64,000 bases of DNA from the human T2T-CHM13v2.0 reference genome, Homo sapiens: assembly GCF_009914755.1 (NCBI RefSeq), contig NC_060925.1, one strand, 5' to 3'. Both the position numbers and the translations under genes were made by a program. The notes under the pieces were generated by a model. That model did no database searches and had not been told where the DNA came from. It saw nothing but the letters and a program-made list of their open reading frames with translations. Position 1 is the first letter of the stretch; each line of letters opens with the position of its first letter. Of the stretch, positions 16,097 to 30,138 are shown in pieces.

Positions 16097-19000
16097 GTGA
16101 GTCAGGGCCCCCAGGAGGGAGAGAGGAACGGGAACCTCAGTTGGGGATAACCCTGGGCAAGGATGAGGGGTGGCATGGGAAGACCGTCAGGACACCCAGG
16201 GGAGGGAAGGCAGGCTGGTGAAGATGAAACCCTGATGACTCTGCTGGCTTTGGAAAGTCATCCAATGTGGCAGAGTTCAGGGTTTTTTCAGTGTCTTTCA
16301 CCCAATCTTACTGAACACCCAGACTCTTGATGTTCTGTTGCTTTCCACATCAGAACCCGCTCTGAGAAAAGTCTAGTAACCTATACTTGAATGATAAATG
16401 AATGGCCAGAGTGTTTGCCTTCTTTGAAATTTATGCTTCACAAAAGACCAAATCTTAGGCAGGAGGGCCAGTGCTGCCTTGGGTAAGGGGTAGGGAGGAA
16501 GTTGTAAGATGCATTTTTGGGAGGAGGTGGCAGTGGCCATTCTCCGTGCCCCTGAAACCACTTTGTGTAGCAGAAGCCTATTGTCTTCATGTGTAAGAAT
16601 ATTCCCCTAGGCAGAAGCACAGGGAGATCTGGGTTATCCAGGGAAAAGGGACTCTGAGAATACAAAAACCTGGGTAAGTCTGGAGTCATCTGTTGTGGGA
16701 CCAGAGAAATCATGCATGCTGCTTTTGACCACACAGACCATGATGGGGAAGTACTGCATCTGATCAGCAAGAGAGACAGGGTCTTTGGCCAAAATGGAGG
16801 GCTCTTTTCTAACCATGTTCTCAGCTGTTGGATAGGGGACGACGACTGATTTTGCTGAGTGGTTTGAAAAGCCTAGGGGAGGCCAAGTAGGGGAGACTTA
16901 CTGCCAGGACTATCTCTCCAAGCTCAGTTCCTGGGGCTTCCACCCTCACATTCTAGAGGAAAGCATATTGCCACTCAGCCAAGTTGTGTGATGTGATTAC
17001 TAGTGAAACGTGATCAGCTCTTGGGGCCCTCGGCTCTTGGCTGTCAATGCAGGATGATACTGGGCTACAGGAGAAAGAGGTAAGGAAGACAGAGTATTCC
17101 CCCATGAATAGGATGGAATGGATTAAAGTAGAAGAGAAAGTAAAGTGAACTACCTCATTTGTCATGTGGGGAAGTTCAGGCCTAGAGAGGTGATGTGCTT
17201 CTCTACCACCTGGGCAAGACTCCTGGGAAAGATCTTTGGTATTTTTTCCCATTTGCCTTTTACTAAGTCATCAAAGATTTACCCCATTTTTTCCATTCTT
17301 ATTGGGGCTGCCACATTTACGTCTTCATCACTTGATAACTCAATTTTTATAGCACCCTCTGATGGGGTCTTGATTGATCCTGTCTCCCCTCCCCTGCATC
17401 CATGCTGCCCACCAAGGCCACGGCATCTTCAGGTCCAGCTATGGCTGTGTCAGTGCATTTAATAAATGCCTTCCGTGCTGCTCCATTGCCCACTGCAAAA
17501 ACTCTAATTCTGCCCTGCACACTGTGTTCTCCATTGCACCCCACATGAATCTTCTTCTACAGCCAGGCAGTATGTACACTGCACTTTCTGTTTTTACCAC
17601 CTTTGCTCCTGCTGACTCTCCAAATTCTATGTGCAGGCACTGTTCTAGGACTTGGAGACTTATCAGTGAACATGACTGACAGCCTTCCTGACCGGAAATA
17701 CGAGGTCAATGAACTTATTGTGAAGCAATAAGTACACCGGGTGGGAGGATATTTGGTATTTACTACTATTTATTAACTGTGGAATGGATACATAATTGGT
17801 GACTTCTCTCTCCTTTCCTCATCTTTTCCTTTTTTTTCTCTCGCTCTTCCTCTTCTTTTTTACTCTCTCTCCCACTACACCGTCCCCCTTGCCAATCTTA
17901 CATACTCAGGTTTTTAGCTACCACTTCTATGTCAATAACTCCTAAACCTATTTCTCTTGCTTGCTTCTGTCAAGTATAATTTTATATTTCCACTGCTGGT
18001 TGGACACCTCTAAAATGATTCTCCAGCTCAAAAACAAAGCATATTCAAAATGCAACTTATCATCTCCTCCTTACAAATGTTCTCTTCCTCCTAACATTTG
18101 TATTTGCGTAAGCGCAGCCACCCTTTTCCTAGTTATCCAACTTAAATCACCCCCACAGTCTATTAAATGCCAACTTCTCTCTGCCACTTAAATTTCTTCT
18201 GCATCTGTTTCCTCTTCTTCACCTCCTATTGTCAGTACAACTTTGGGCTCTCTTATCTCCCACCTAGATTCAACCAGTGAATGATTTCCAGAGCAATGGC
18301 ACATCAAATTAATATGGCTACTGCTCTCTTTGAATTTATATTCTACTGAGGGATATAAACGGTAAGTAAACAAACAAGAAGGCATAAGTACAAATGGAAA
18401 AGGGCTATGAAGATGTAAACGGGGTACTGTGATAAGATTAGTTGTGGGGAAGAGAAGAGAGCAGCCCACTTTAAACAGGATGTTATGTAAAGAGTTTTCT
18501 GAGGGGGTGACATTTAAGCTGAGACTTTCAACATGGTAAGGATTCAGCCATTTGGTGATCAAGGACGCATTTCAGGGTAGAGGGATTGGCATACAGAAAA
18601 TCCCCAAATTTGAAGAATGCCAGGAAGGCCAGTGTTAATGAGGCTCAATGAGTAGGTGAAAAGGGATCTGAGCTGAGGCTGGAGAAGGAAGCACGGACCC
18701 AATTTGATAGGGCTTGCAGGCCATTTCCATTTTATTTTAAGACCAAAGAAAGGCAACTGAAGGCTTGTAAGTTGGGGAGTGATATCATCTGATTTCGTTT
18801 TTTTTTTTTTTTTAAGGAACTAGCTTCTTTATGGAAAATGGATTGTAGGGTGACCATAAGAAGTGAGGGGACAAATTAAGATATGGGAAAAAGCTGATGG
18901 TGACTTAAACTGAGTAGTGTCTATAAAGGGGGTGAAGAGAAGTTAGTGGGTGCAAGATCTAAGTTGGAAGCAGGATCAACAAGACTTCCTGGTGTGGAAG

Positions 19001-19249
19001 GGACTGGATTTTGGGAGACAGAGAGGTTAAAAGATGGCTTGCAGGTTTCTGGCCTATGTAGCTGGGTGGATAACGAAGATACATATTGACATGGGGAAGA
19101 CGGAGAGAAACAGAATGTGTCCACTTGCTATGACAACATGAAGCCATTGGTGATTTTGACAAGAAAAGTTTTAGTGGACTGCTGAGGGCCGAGTCCAAAT
19201 TGCAGAGAATTAGACAGTGAATGAGAGGAGAAGAAATCAGGACAGCCTA

Positions 19250-19680
<431 letters not shown>

Positions 19681-22167
19681 TTAATGGAAGATACTGAAAT
19701 AAATTTACCATTGATGGGAAGATCCAGCTAAGAGAGAAACTGGTGATGCAGAGGAGAAAGTGAATAACAGAAAGGGAAATCTTTGAGAGGATTAAAGGGA
19801 ATGGGATCCAGAGTACTTGCTTTGAGACTGACCATAGACAGGAGGAGAGATGCTTTCTCCAGTGAAATGCGAGGAAGGAGAAGACAGGTAGAGATGCAGA
19901 AAAGACTGGTAGATTTAGTCGGGGGACGATGTGAGATCTTCTGTGTAACCTCTTTTGTTTTCTCTGTGAAATATGAGGAAAGGCATCAGCTAAAAATGAG
20001 AGAGGACTGGAGGCAGAGGGTGGGATGAGAAAGCTTGGGGAATGAGGAAAAGATGAGTGTCACTACTCAGAGTAGCAGAGCAAATTTCTTGGAAAAAAGT
20101 GCCACAATGGCAGTTCAGTGTCCTTTTGAATGCGGTGATCGCACATTTACTGCGTCAACAGTTTGCCTTCTTGTGTGGTAATTTCAATAACACGCAGCTG
20201 AGCAAGTAAAGGCATGGAGAATACAGGTGCATTTGGTAGAGACAGAGAAAGGCAACGAAGTTAAGGGGATTTGCAAGGAGGTAATTATAATGATGCCTCA
20301 TTGAATTCAAGCTAGATGGGGGAGGGTGGGAGGTAAAGGCAAACATGTGCTCAAGGATAGACAGTGGTAAGATGGATGCTTTGGGGTTCTTGATAAGGTC
20401 AAAGATTATTCTGGTGGCTGTACTTGAGCAGAGAAAGTTCATCTCCAAAGAAAGAAAGTTTACTGATGATGAGCAGTTCAGGGAATGAAGAGGCCAGTTG
20501 TTTGATGGGTTATCCACATATTCTGGATCACTACAGTCATCTCTTTTTTTTTTCTTTTTCTTTTTCTCTGACCTCATTCTTCCATCACAATTAGTTTCTT
20601 TCTTAATTAAGCTCTTTGGCATTTGCCCTGTTCCAATCTATTTGACACTGCACTTTCAGCCCCAATTTGAAAATTCTAAGTGACTTCCCACTGTATACTG
20701 AACCAAGGAGTGAACTTATAAAAAAAAACTTAAATTTATTTGAAATTCACCATGTGTCATGTAGCACACTAAATGCCTTCTCTGGATTATCTCATTTAAT
20801 CCTAACAACCACCCTATGAGGTAGATACTGCTGTCATTATCTTCATTTACAAGCAAGGAAACTGAAGCAGAGAAAAGTTAAGTAATTTGTGAAAGGTCAC
20901 TTAGCAGTAGCGGAGTCAGCATTTAAACTCAGTATGTGCTTTCCCCCACTGCCACACCACCTGGCACTAGGAGCCCTCCAGAGTATGACTTCTACTTTGC
21001 TTTCCTGCTTTGTCCCTCATTATTGGAAGTGCTTGAGGAGAGACCAGAAATCAAGTAGAAGTTGGGCTGCAACTTGCTGGGAATGTTGCCAAGTACTTGC
21101 TGCTCCTTCCCATGGAATACCTTTTCCCTCTCAGCCAAAATCCTATCAGTCCTGGAAGGTCCTTGATGAACCTGAAAGGTCCCATTTTCTCCATAGGATT
21201 CCCCTCCTTATGAACCCCAAACCCTCCCAAACACAGAGCCCTGGGATCTTTTCTTTCTCTGAACCTCCATAGCATTTTATCCAAATTCCTCTAATGTCAT
21301 CTCTTTTACATCAGATTACACATGTGCTTATCTCCACCGTTAGATTCTTGCCTTCAGTGGAAGTAGGGACTTAACGTTCTTTTCCCTTAGGTGAACTCAG
21401 CATGCATTGCAGGGCAGTAGGAAGCCAATGCAGGTTTGTTGATTAATTTTGGATGCAAAGGAAGGAAGTGATTGGTCCAAGTATATATTTCGAGATATTG
21501 GAGCATCGGGACCAGAATCCAGTTCTGTAAACTTTGAAGCCAACACTTTCTCCACATTGCCCCCTTTTTACCTCTTGGTTCTGATTCCATTTCCTTCCGT
21601 ACTTTTGTCCCTGAAAATATACATGCACTTGGAAGCTTCTTGACTTTCTCTCAGCCCAGATGCAAGAGAAAACCTTCACCCATGGACAGATGGACACACA
21701 CACACATACACACACACACACACACAGAGCTCTGATTCACCTAAGGACCCAGCTTTGCTTCTTTACCCAATAACAGCACCCACAAATCTTTATCTACCCT
21801 AGCCCACACTTTGCCTCCACTACGGAAGCTCTTTTCTTAACCCAGTGGCATCCCCCTACCCCTGCATGAAGTCACAGATCTAGTGCCCTTTTGCAGTCTC
21901 TTCCTCCTTTTATCAGATATTTCTAATAGCAAAAATCTGGAAGACCTAAATGCCAAGCAAAAGAGTTGTTAAATAAATCACAGGACAGCCAAATAGTAGG
22001 ATATAGTGTAGCCATTTAAAATGACAACATGGGCGGGGAACGGTGGCTCACACCTGTAATCCCAGAATTTTGGGAGGCTGAGGTGGGTAGATCACTTGAG
22101 GTCAGGAGTTCCAGACCAGCCTGGCCAACATGGTGAAACCCCTTCTCTACTAAAAATACAAAACTTA

Positions 22168-22359
<192 letters not shown>

Positions 22360-22968
22360 TCATCTTCTAGAACTTGCATTGCTCAGTGAAAAATCAGGTT
22401 AAAGAACAGTTTTTAGAGTATATCCTCATTTACACTTATGTATGTCTGTATGTGAACAGCGTGTGTCTGTGTGTGATCACAGAAAGAAATCCAACAGGAT
22501 GTATGCCAAGGTGATAATATTTTGCTCCTGCGTATTTTCTATTTTTCTGTAGTGATCATGGATTACCTGTGCAATTTCTACCCCCTCCCAACAAAAGAAC
22601 AAATCTTGCTCTCAGGATAAACTCTGGCAAAATTATTTATACTGATGCATAAATCATATGTAAAGCCCAACAGAGACCTCTTTCCAGAGGCATATTTATT
22701 TTAATCAGTCAAGAGGGGTAAGCCAAAGGAAAATGCCACAAAACAGGTGGAAGAGGGTGTTATATACTTTTATTTCATTTTTGTATGTTACTGGGAGTTC
22801 TCAGTCCTTTTAAAAGTGCAGCTCATCCAGGCAGTCCCAGGGGATATGGCCACGAGGGCTGTGCTGTAGGTGAAGGGCGCTCTGGGCCTGGGCAGTCTCT
22901 GGGCCAAAGTGGGCAGGTGTCAGTTCAGACACTCCACTGTGGGCTGATCTTTGCTTTCTGTCTTACAG

Positions 22969-22989
22969 CTCCTGTTGCTGGGACACCTG
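22969..22989 (+). CDS. FCGR2C: FCGR2C exon 2 (21-nt S2 mini-exon)
   Basis: ttacag|CTCCTGTTGCTGGGACACCTG|gtaagt encodes APVAGTP. Confidence 0.93.
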
Positions 22990-24109
22990 GTAAGTACTCC
23001 ACCCACAGCCTTTCCTTCCCTCGGGTCCCCTTTTCCTCTCCTCCCAGTGCCCTGTCTGGAGGTGCTCTAAATGCACCAGCAACTGAGCCCAGTACCAAGT
23101 CAGGGCCAGGAAAGGGTAATTGCTCCCGAAAGATCCCCTCTCCCTCTTCCACTCTCCTCCTTCCTTTTCCTCCTTCCACGGAGGCAAGTGGTAGGCAGCC
23201 ACGGTGTTCAAATGGGGGAGCTGTCACAGAAAATGAGAACTCTGATCTCTCTCTCAACTGCCTTCCGCTGTCCAAATAAAACCAAGGGCTTCCTCTCTCC
23301 AAATAAAATTCAGGCACATGCAAAATCACATGGCCTGCATATGTTGTCCCCCTGTGTTGCTAAATCCTTGACTGTGCATGTTTCTGAGAGCTCCAAGGCC
23401 TGTTCCCTGACAGAGTGGTCTCTGCATACCTCTGGCTACACTTTGCCGGGCACTTCTGTGTTTGTGCCACTCAGCCTCCACCGCTCCAGGACTGGCCCTC
23501 CGGCTTTTCTCCCTCTCTCTTTATCCTTCTGAGGCCAGAGAGGCTCGTGTATGCTTGGGTGTGAGGACGGGCCATCTTGACCTCGTTTTTAAAGTATACA
23601 GAATGACATTAGGTCAGAACGGAAACCTGATATCCAACTCCCATGCCTGCCATCTCCACCAGAGCCCCCACTTATCTTCAGCCAGCCCCAGGGGAAATTT
23701 ATCCACTAGTGTCCAAATGCCTTTGTTTATCGGGGAGAAAAGTTAGTCTCGAAAGAGTATGTATGTATGGGGTGTCTGTGTGTCTGTGCTGGTGGGGAGA
23801 GGTTGGTGGGGAGAGAGAGAAGGAACTGGTGAAGATTATTTCAGGTAAAGTATATGTATTTCGAGGGTGTTTCTCTTGCCTGCTCCCTCCTTCTTCCCTG
23901 TTGCCCTGTCTGAGTCCTGGGTTCCCTGGGGCCCTTGTGGTGGGATGTATGAGCAAAAGCAACTGCCTTCAGTTGCAGAACCATTCTGGGCCTGGCTCAG
24001 CTTTTGGTGCCCCCAGTAGGCCTACAGGTGCTTTTTTGTCTGAGATTCAGGGCCTCTCAGGCTCTTGGGCTTCCTCTTCCTCACGCTACCTCCTCTCTCT
24101 GCCCCTCAG

Positions 24110-24367
24110 CAGCTCCCCCAAAGGCTGTGCTGAAACTCGAGCCCTAGTGGATCAACGTGCTCCAAGAGGACTCTGTGACTCTGACATGCCGGGGGACTCA
24201 CAGCCCTGAGAGCGACTCCATTCCGTGGTTCCACAATGGGAATCTCATTCCCACCCACACGCAGCCCAGCTACAGGTTCAAGGCCAACAACAATGACAGC
24301 GGGGAGTACACGTGCCAGACTGGCCAGACCAGCCTCAGCGACCCTGTGCATCTGACTGTGCTTTCTG
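24110..24367 (+). CDS. FCGR2C: FCGR2C exon 3 (Ig domain EC1) containing the Q57X stop
   Basis: [25 protein letters not shown]...[20 protein letters not shown]; TAG 24145-24147; Pro at codon 83 (CCG 24223-24225). Confidence 0.95.
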
Positions 24368-25691
24368 GTCAGTGGAGGAAGGCCCCAGGGTGGACCTGGG
24401 AGGGCCAGGATGGATGAAATCTGCTTTCAGGCAGAGGTTTGCAGGAAAGGAGGGTGGCCTGCTTACTGGGAAGTATCGCTGTGAGTTGCCTCAGCACATG
24501 TCAGTGGTTGCTTTGCCTCAGTCCTGATTGAACAGAAGAAGGTTACAAGGCCAAAAACAGGCAGCCAAGTGTGAGAGAAGCAGAAGGAAATCCCTACTGC
24601 ATAAAATCCATTTCCATTTTAATGGCAGAATTGAAAAGCACAGACCACAACTGAATCCTAGCCCTGGAAATGACTCACTATACAACATGATGAATTCATT
24701 TAACCCTTGAGTTTCCATTTCTTCACCTGCTCCGTGGGGCACTAACGCCTCCCTCAGAGGCTTCTGGTGAGAATCAGTGTTTCCCTGCCCCCGCCCCGCC
24801 CTCCATGCCCCTTCTCCACGTTCTCACTGTGCTAGGTGCTCTTCTCTGTCTTTCTCTTCCACCAGCCTGTGGGAAACCTGAGATGAAAGTCGTGTCTTAC
24901 CCATCTTTGTATTTCCAGCATCTGAAACTGGGCAGAGCTTAATAAATATTTTGCTGGAGAGGTTGATGATCTTACAAAGCTCCCATTGAAAGGTGGCTCT
25001 CTGTAAAGCAAAGTTACAATGAGATTGTGATGAACATTGTCCTTGTGGCTTTTCACTTAGTCCCCTCCCTTCACCTGAAGAGCAAATTTTCCTCAAAAGT
25101 ACACAGCAAACAAATGACCCACTGGTGACACTGCTGCCTTTAGACCCTGCTGGAAAGAATCTCCACATTTATTAACATTCCCAAAGTAAATTTATCAGGT
25201 AGCATTCATCAGGTAACATTTGTTGCACATTCATGACTTTTCTACTGTCCACAAAGGCATATGTCCTTATCATATGCAGACTCCTTGGCCACACTGGATT
25301 CCTCCTTCCCTCCTCGACATGGAAGAGATGGCATCTTAGGGTCTCTTGTGTTCTTCCTGAAGAGGCCTGTCGGGCAGGAAAAGGCTGCAGCTGCCTTCCT
25401 GGGAGAAGGAGGAGATGAGTGTATCCTGAACACCTATTATGTGCTAGGGGCTATTGTAGATACATGACATTATCATGCTCATTTTCACAAATGAGGAAAC
25501 TGAGGCTCAGAAGACTTAAATTATTTGCCCAAGAGTTCATAAATGATAGAGCCAGCATTAGAGTCCAGGACTGTCTGATTTCAGACCTAAGCTGTTCCCT
25601 CTGCACATCATGTCCCACCAGTAAGGAAGATCTGGGTCTCAGAGCTGAGCCAAGACCTCCCGGGTCCTCTGGGGTTTTCTGTGTCTTTCAG

Positions 25692-25946
25692 AGTGGCTGG
25701 TGCTCCAGACCCCTCACCTGGAGTTCCAGGAGGGAGAAACCATCGTGCTGAGGTGCCACAGCTGGAAGGACAAGCCTCTGGTCAAGGTCACATTCTTCCA
25801 GAATGGAAAATCCAAGAAATTTTCCCGTTCGGATCCCAACTTCTCCATCCCACAAGCAAACCACAGTCACAGTGGTGATTACCACTGCACAGGAAACATA
25901 GGCTACACGCTGTACTCATCCAAGCCTGTGACCATCACTGTCCAAG
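25692..25946 (+). CDS. FCGR2C: FCGR2C exon 4 (Ig domain EC2, FCGR2B-type)
   Basis: [54 protein letters not shown]...ITVQ; canonical AG/GT ends. Confidence 0.95.
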
Positions 25947-26676
25947 GTATGAGGAGTCTGCCAAGATGTAGGGAGGGGAGAAGAGGGGATGGATAAGGGC
26001 TGAGGTCACATGGGCCTACATGGAGGTCTGAGAAAGGCCACAGCGCAAAATTGGGCACTGGAGCAAAGAGGAGTGGTGTGGAGGCCTGGCTAAGTATTGA
26101 CCAATGAGCAGGAGTAGGGGCCAGAGCTTGGAGCCCTCAGGTGATAGGTGACCAGGCTGTTGTTCCACTTTGAAATGCAGGCCCCAGACTAAGGACGGCA
26201 GCGAAGCAGAGCTCCCTCGTTGGTGCAGAGGTTCCCTAAGCTCCTGGGCATTCGTAAGAACTGAGGTTTGCCTTTATTCTTCTCATGGCTCATGTTATAG
26301 CCATTCACTCCAGAAAGCCTGGCACGTCATGGACTGTTCAAGGCTGTGCTCCATAGAGTAATGATGCCTCCAGCTATGCGAGGCTTTGGGCCCACCCTTC
26401 CCACTGCCCCTGAGGGCTAAGGGGAGCCCTTCCTTCTGCTCCTGCCTGCTCACCAGTGTGCCTTTATTAGTTCGGTGGAGAAACCTCGGTAGGCAGGAGG
26501 CATAAGTCCAGCCACAGAAACCCTGTGCAGATGAGGCTGGGGATGTAGTGAGTGCTGCAGAAGTGAGTGACTCAGACACAGAAGAGCTTCGGGTGACAAG
26601 CACTAGGACATAGCATTGGATGGGGGGGAGGTGGGACAAGGAGAGTACTGCCTGTCCTGATGTCTGTCTTCCCTAG

Positions 26677-26790
26677 CTCCCAGCTCTTCACCGATGGGGA
26701 TCATTGTGGCTGTGGTCACTGGGATTGCTGTAGCGGCCATTGTTGCTGCTGTAGTGGCCTTGATCTACTGCAGGAAAAAGCGGATTTCAG
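26677..26790 (+). CDS. FCGR2C: FCGR2C exon 5 (transmembrane)
   Basis: APSSSPMGIIVAVVTGIAVAAIVAAVVALIYCRKKRIS; canonical ends. Confidence 0.95.
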
Positions 26791-27973
26791 GTTTGTAGCT
26801 CCTCCCGGTCCCTTTTGTTATCAGTTTCCACTTGGCCCAGGCCCTAACCCCAGACATTGCCAGAATCCCTCTCTTTGGGCTAGATACACATTCAGATCTA
26901 GGCCCGTATTGTATTATAGTCATTCATTCGTTTATTAGATCATTCATTTGACAAGACTTGAACAAACTAGCTTATGTGTCAGCCAATGCGTGAGACATGG
27001 TGGGTGATGCCAAGAGAAGTCCAGTCCCTGCCCTTGGGGAGTTCTCAGCATTGTGAGGAAGACAGGGTCATTATAATAAGATGGGATAAGAGCAATGATA
27101 GGGACATGAAAAGCCTAGGATAGAAGTACAGAGGAGGCTCCATAGCCCAACAAGGGCTGAGGCAGTTGGAGAAGTTCTCAGGGAGAGCAGTGTAGTGTAG
27201 TGATGGAGTGCACATAGTGGGGCCAGACTGCCTGGGTTCAAATCTAGTTCTACAGCATACCAACTATATGACCCAAGTGAGTCACTCCACCTCTCTGTGC
27301 CTCAGCTGTCTCATGTGGAAAATGGGGACACTAACAGGACTTACCTCACAGGGTTGCCATGGGGATGAAAGAGGCTGATGCTCTTACACAGTGCCTGGTA
27401 GGCAGTAACAGCACACAAACAGGGCTGTTGCCATTCTGGAGGAGGTGGTGTGTGAGGGCAGCGCTTAGCTAGGGAAGGAGGACCCTCCAGGCACTGGGCC
27501 AAGGCAGGGATTGAAGCCGGGTGGGGCTCATATGGGTGTCGAAGGGGGAGAAGAGAGGGTACTGCAAGCCACCAAGAAAGAAAGAATCCCGCTAACACCT
27601 CACAAAGCACTTTTCAATTGGTTCATAGCCAACACCTCAGTTACTGATGATAAGTAAATACAGAGAAACAGAGAGAGAGAGACTGAGACACAGGGGTGTT
27701 TTTAAAAGGCAGAGCAAGCCTCAGACAGATGCCATGGCGTGGCCTTTCTGACACTCCTGGGCATCCCCATGGGTGAGCTGAATTCTGCCTCTGGACCAGC
27801 CCTTTTCCAGGCGGGAGCGGCCCCTGAGCAGGGGAGCTGGGGGTGGGAGGACAGGAAACATCTGCCAGAGGGAAGGCCTGAGCTGGTCCCATCCAACCCT
27901 GGCCCTGGTCCTTGGTCCTGAGGACTCAGGCCCCACCGCCTAATCCTACTAACCTCCTGTGTGCCCCTCCCAG

Positions 27974-28030
27974 CTCTCTCAGGATACCCTGAGTGCAGGG
28001 AAATGGGAGAGACCCTCCCTGAGAAACCAG
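27974..28030 (+). CDS. FCGR2C: Alternative 57-nt C1 cytoplasmic exon (FCGR2B1-type insert)
   Basis: cccag|...[19 protein letters not shown]...|gtgagt; frame-preserving. Confidence 0.75.
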
Positions 28031-29481
28031 GTGAGTACAGGTTGTCTCAGGGATTCAGTGATGGCTCACCAGGGCTGCCGGCTGGACTGCAGCCAGCGAG
28101 AAGGGGCTTGTGCGAGTTCAGCTGGGAGCCAGGGAGGGAGCAGCGGTGGGAGGATGGCCGGGGCTCAAATCGCTTGGTTAGCTCTGAGTCTAACTCCTGG
28201 GCCTAAAGATGACCTCTCTGGAGATGAGAAGAGAAACACCAGTCCCAGATACAGAGGAGAGGGCTGTGTCCGAATTTCTGGTACCAGGAATCTGATGATA
28301 TTTCCAGAGCAAGAAATCAGAGATACTTTGGTCTTTCTGTGGAGCTTTGGCAGAGCTGGCAGAGGATGGGGTTAGGGGCTGTAAGACTGAGGCCAATCGG
28401 ACGTGGGAGGCAGGAGTCTAAGGGGAAAGGAGGAGGAGGCCTGGAAACCCCTCAATTTGCTGAGGAATCTGCCTCTGTGGAGGGATGGGGTGGAGTGGCC
28501 AGGCTCAGCTGTCTGTGGAACACTAAGAGGAGGTTTGGGCTTGAGAAAATTCTGGGGGGCTAGGGGCACTAGTGGGCTCTACTCTGTGGGCAAAGCTCGG
28601 TTCCAATGCCCATGCACTCAAGGTTGACTGAATTTTGGCCTGGTTCTGCCCCCATCACACAGTGGAGCCCTGAGCAAGTCAGTCTCCCTGATGGGGTTCA
28701 GTCTCCTCACTGAGGAAATGAGTGGGTGGCCAGGGTGACCTCTCAGGCCTTCTAGGTCTGACATTCAGGTGGGAGTATGTAAAGGAACTTCCAGGAGGAT
28801 GCCAGGCAACTTCCAGACTGTAGTTAAAGTCAGAGCATAAAGGAAACCAGTGCTTTCTCTGGGGGCTTCCATGACAGTAGGAACAGGCAGGAAAAAGGCT
28901 GTCAAAGACCGCACCTCAGATGGCTGGAGTATGATTCAGAGCAGAGCCAACAGATTTAAGAGCTTGAGCAAAATATCACTTGTTCAGCTGTGCTTGCAGC
29001 AAGGTTGCACGTCCACTGGCCAGGCCCAGTGGTGATAGGGGCCTGTGTTCACACCAGGGCCAAAACAGATCTGGAAAATACAAAGTCCAAGCAACTGGAT
29101 TATCCATCTTGTTGTGTGGTTCTGTCTGCACTGGCATAAGCACATTTCATGAGGCATTTTTGCAGCCAGGCATTGGGGCTGCATAAATGGTTTCTTAAAA
29201 ATCCTTTCCCAAAAGGCAAAGCTGGTTTGCTGGAATTGTTGGGGAATGTATTAGAATGGGAATTCAGAATGTGGTTTGCTGCAGAATTTACAGCATGGCA
29301 ATAAAGGCTCTCTGTGTTCAGGGGGTGAGAGAAGAGACTAGATGCATTGTGTCAGATGTCTCCCGACTTCCTGAGAAATGCCACTTTGCAAATACTGGGG
29401 CTGCTTTTCACACTGGCCAAGTCAGTTTATGACAAAAACATGAGGCAATTAGGTGTGTTTTGGACACTAACCAGAGAAAGT

Positions 29482-29600
29482 CCTTCCTTCCCTCCCTTCC
29501 TCCCTCCCTCCTTCCCTCCCTCTCTCCCTTCCTGCCTTCCTTCCTTCCCCCTTCCCTCCCTCCCTTTCTCCCTCCCTAAGCTCCCTCCCTGCCTCTCTTT
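29482..29600. repeat. (CCTT/CCCT)n pyrimidine tract
   Basis: Low-complexity C/T tetramer run. Confidence 0.85.
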
Positions 29601-30100
29601 TTCTCTCTCATGTTACTTTCTCTTTCTGTCTTCCTTTTTAATGCCATGGAGTACTATATTCTTCAAAGTTCCAACAAAGATGCACTACATTTGGACAATG
29701 TGGAAATGGCCCTCAGCCTTCTCTTCCTGATGTGGTCAGCAAAAATCTGGACTTTACTTCACTCTGATGCTGAACACCCTGCTCCACATCTTCCCCAGTA
29801 TCTCAGATCCCCAAGCTGTCTGGTTTGCTTCTAGGAAAGCTCAGCAATTCCCTGAAAAGAGTGTGGCCCAAGTGACTGCTTCCCTCCACCAGTGTGGCCC
29901 GTGGGGAAGGCTGTGGCTGGGTGACCCCAAGGGTGGGTACATGAGGCCATATTTACTTAGCCCTTGGCCTTACAGGACTGTGTCAAGGGGTCAGTAGTCC
30001 TTGCTTTGAGTCTGGTTATGGTTTTGCAGCCTCAGCATCAGCGTGGGCAGGCCCTTTTCAACAGCAGTGCCCTGGCTAATCTTTTTCTTTTTCCCCACAG

Positions 30101-30138
30101 CCAATTCCACTGATCCTGTGAAGGCTGCCCAATTTGAG
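30101..30138 (+). CDS. FCGR2C: FCGR2C C2 exon (38 nt), donor mutated to AT
   Basis: ccacag|ANSTDPVKAAQFE|atgagt; position c.798+1 is A (30139). Confidence 0.92.
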
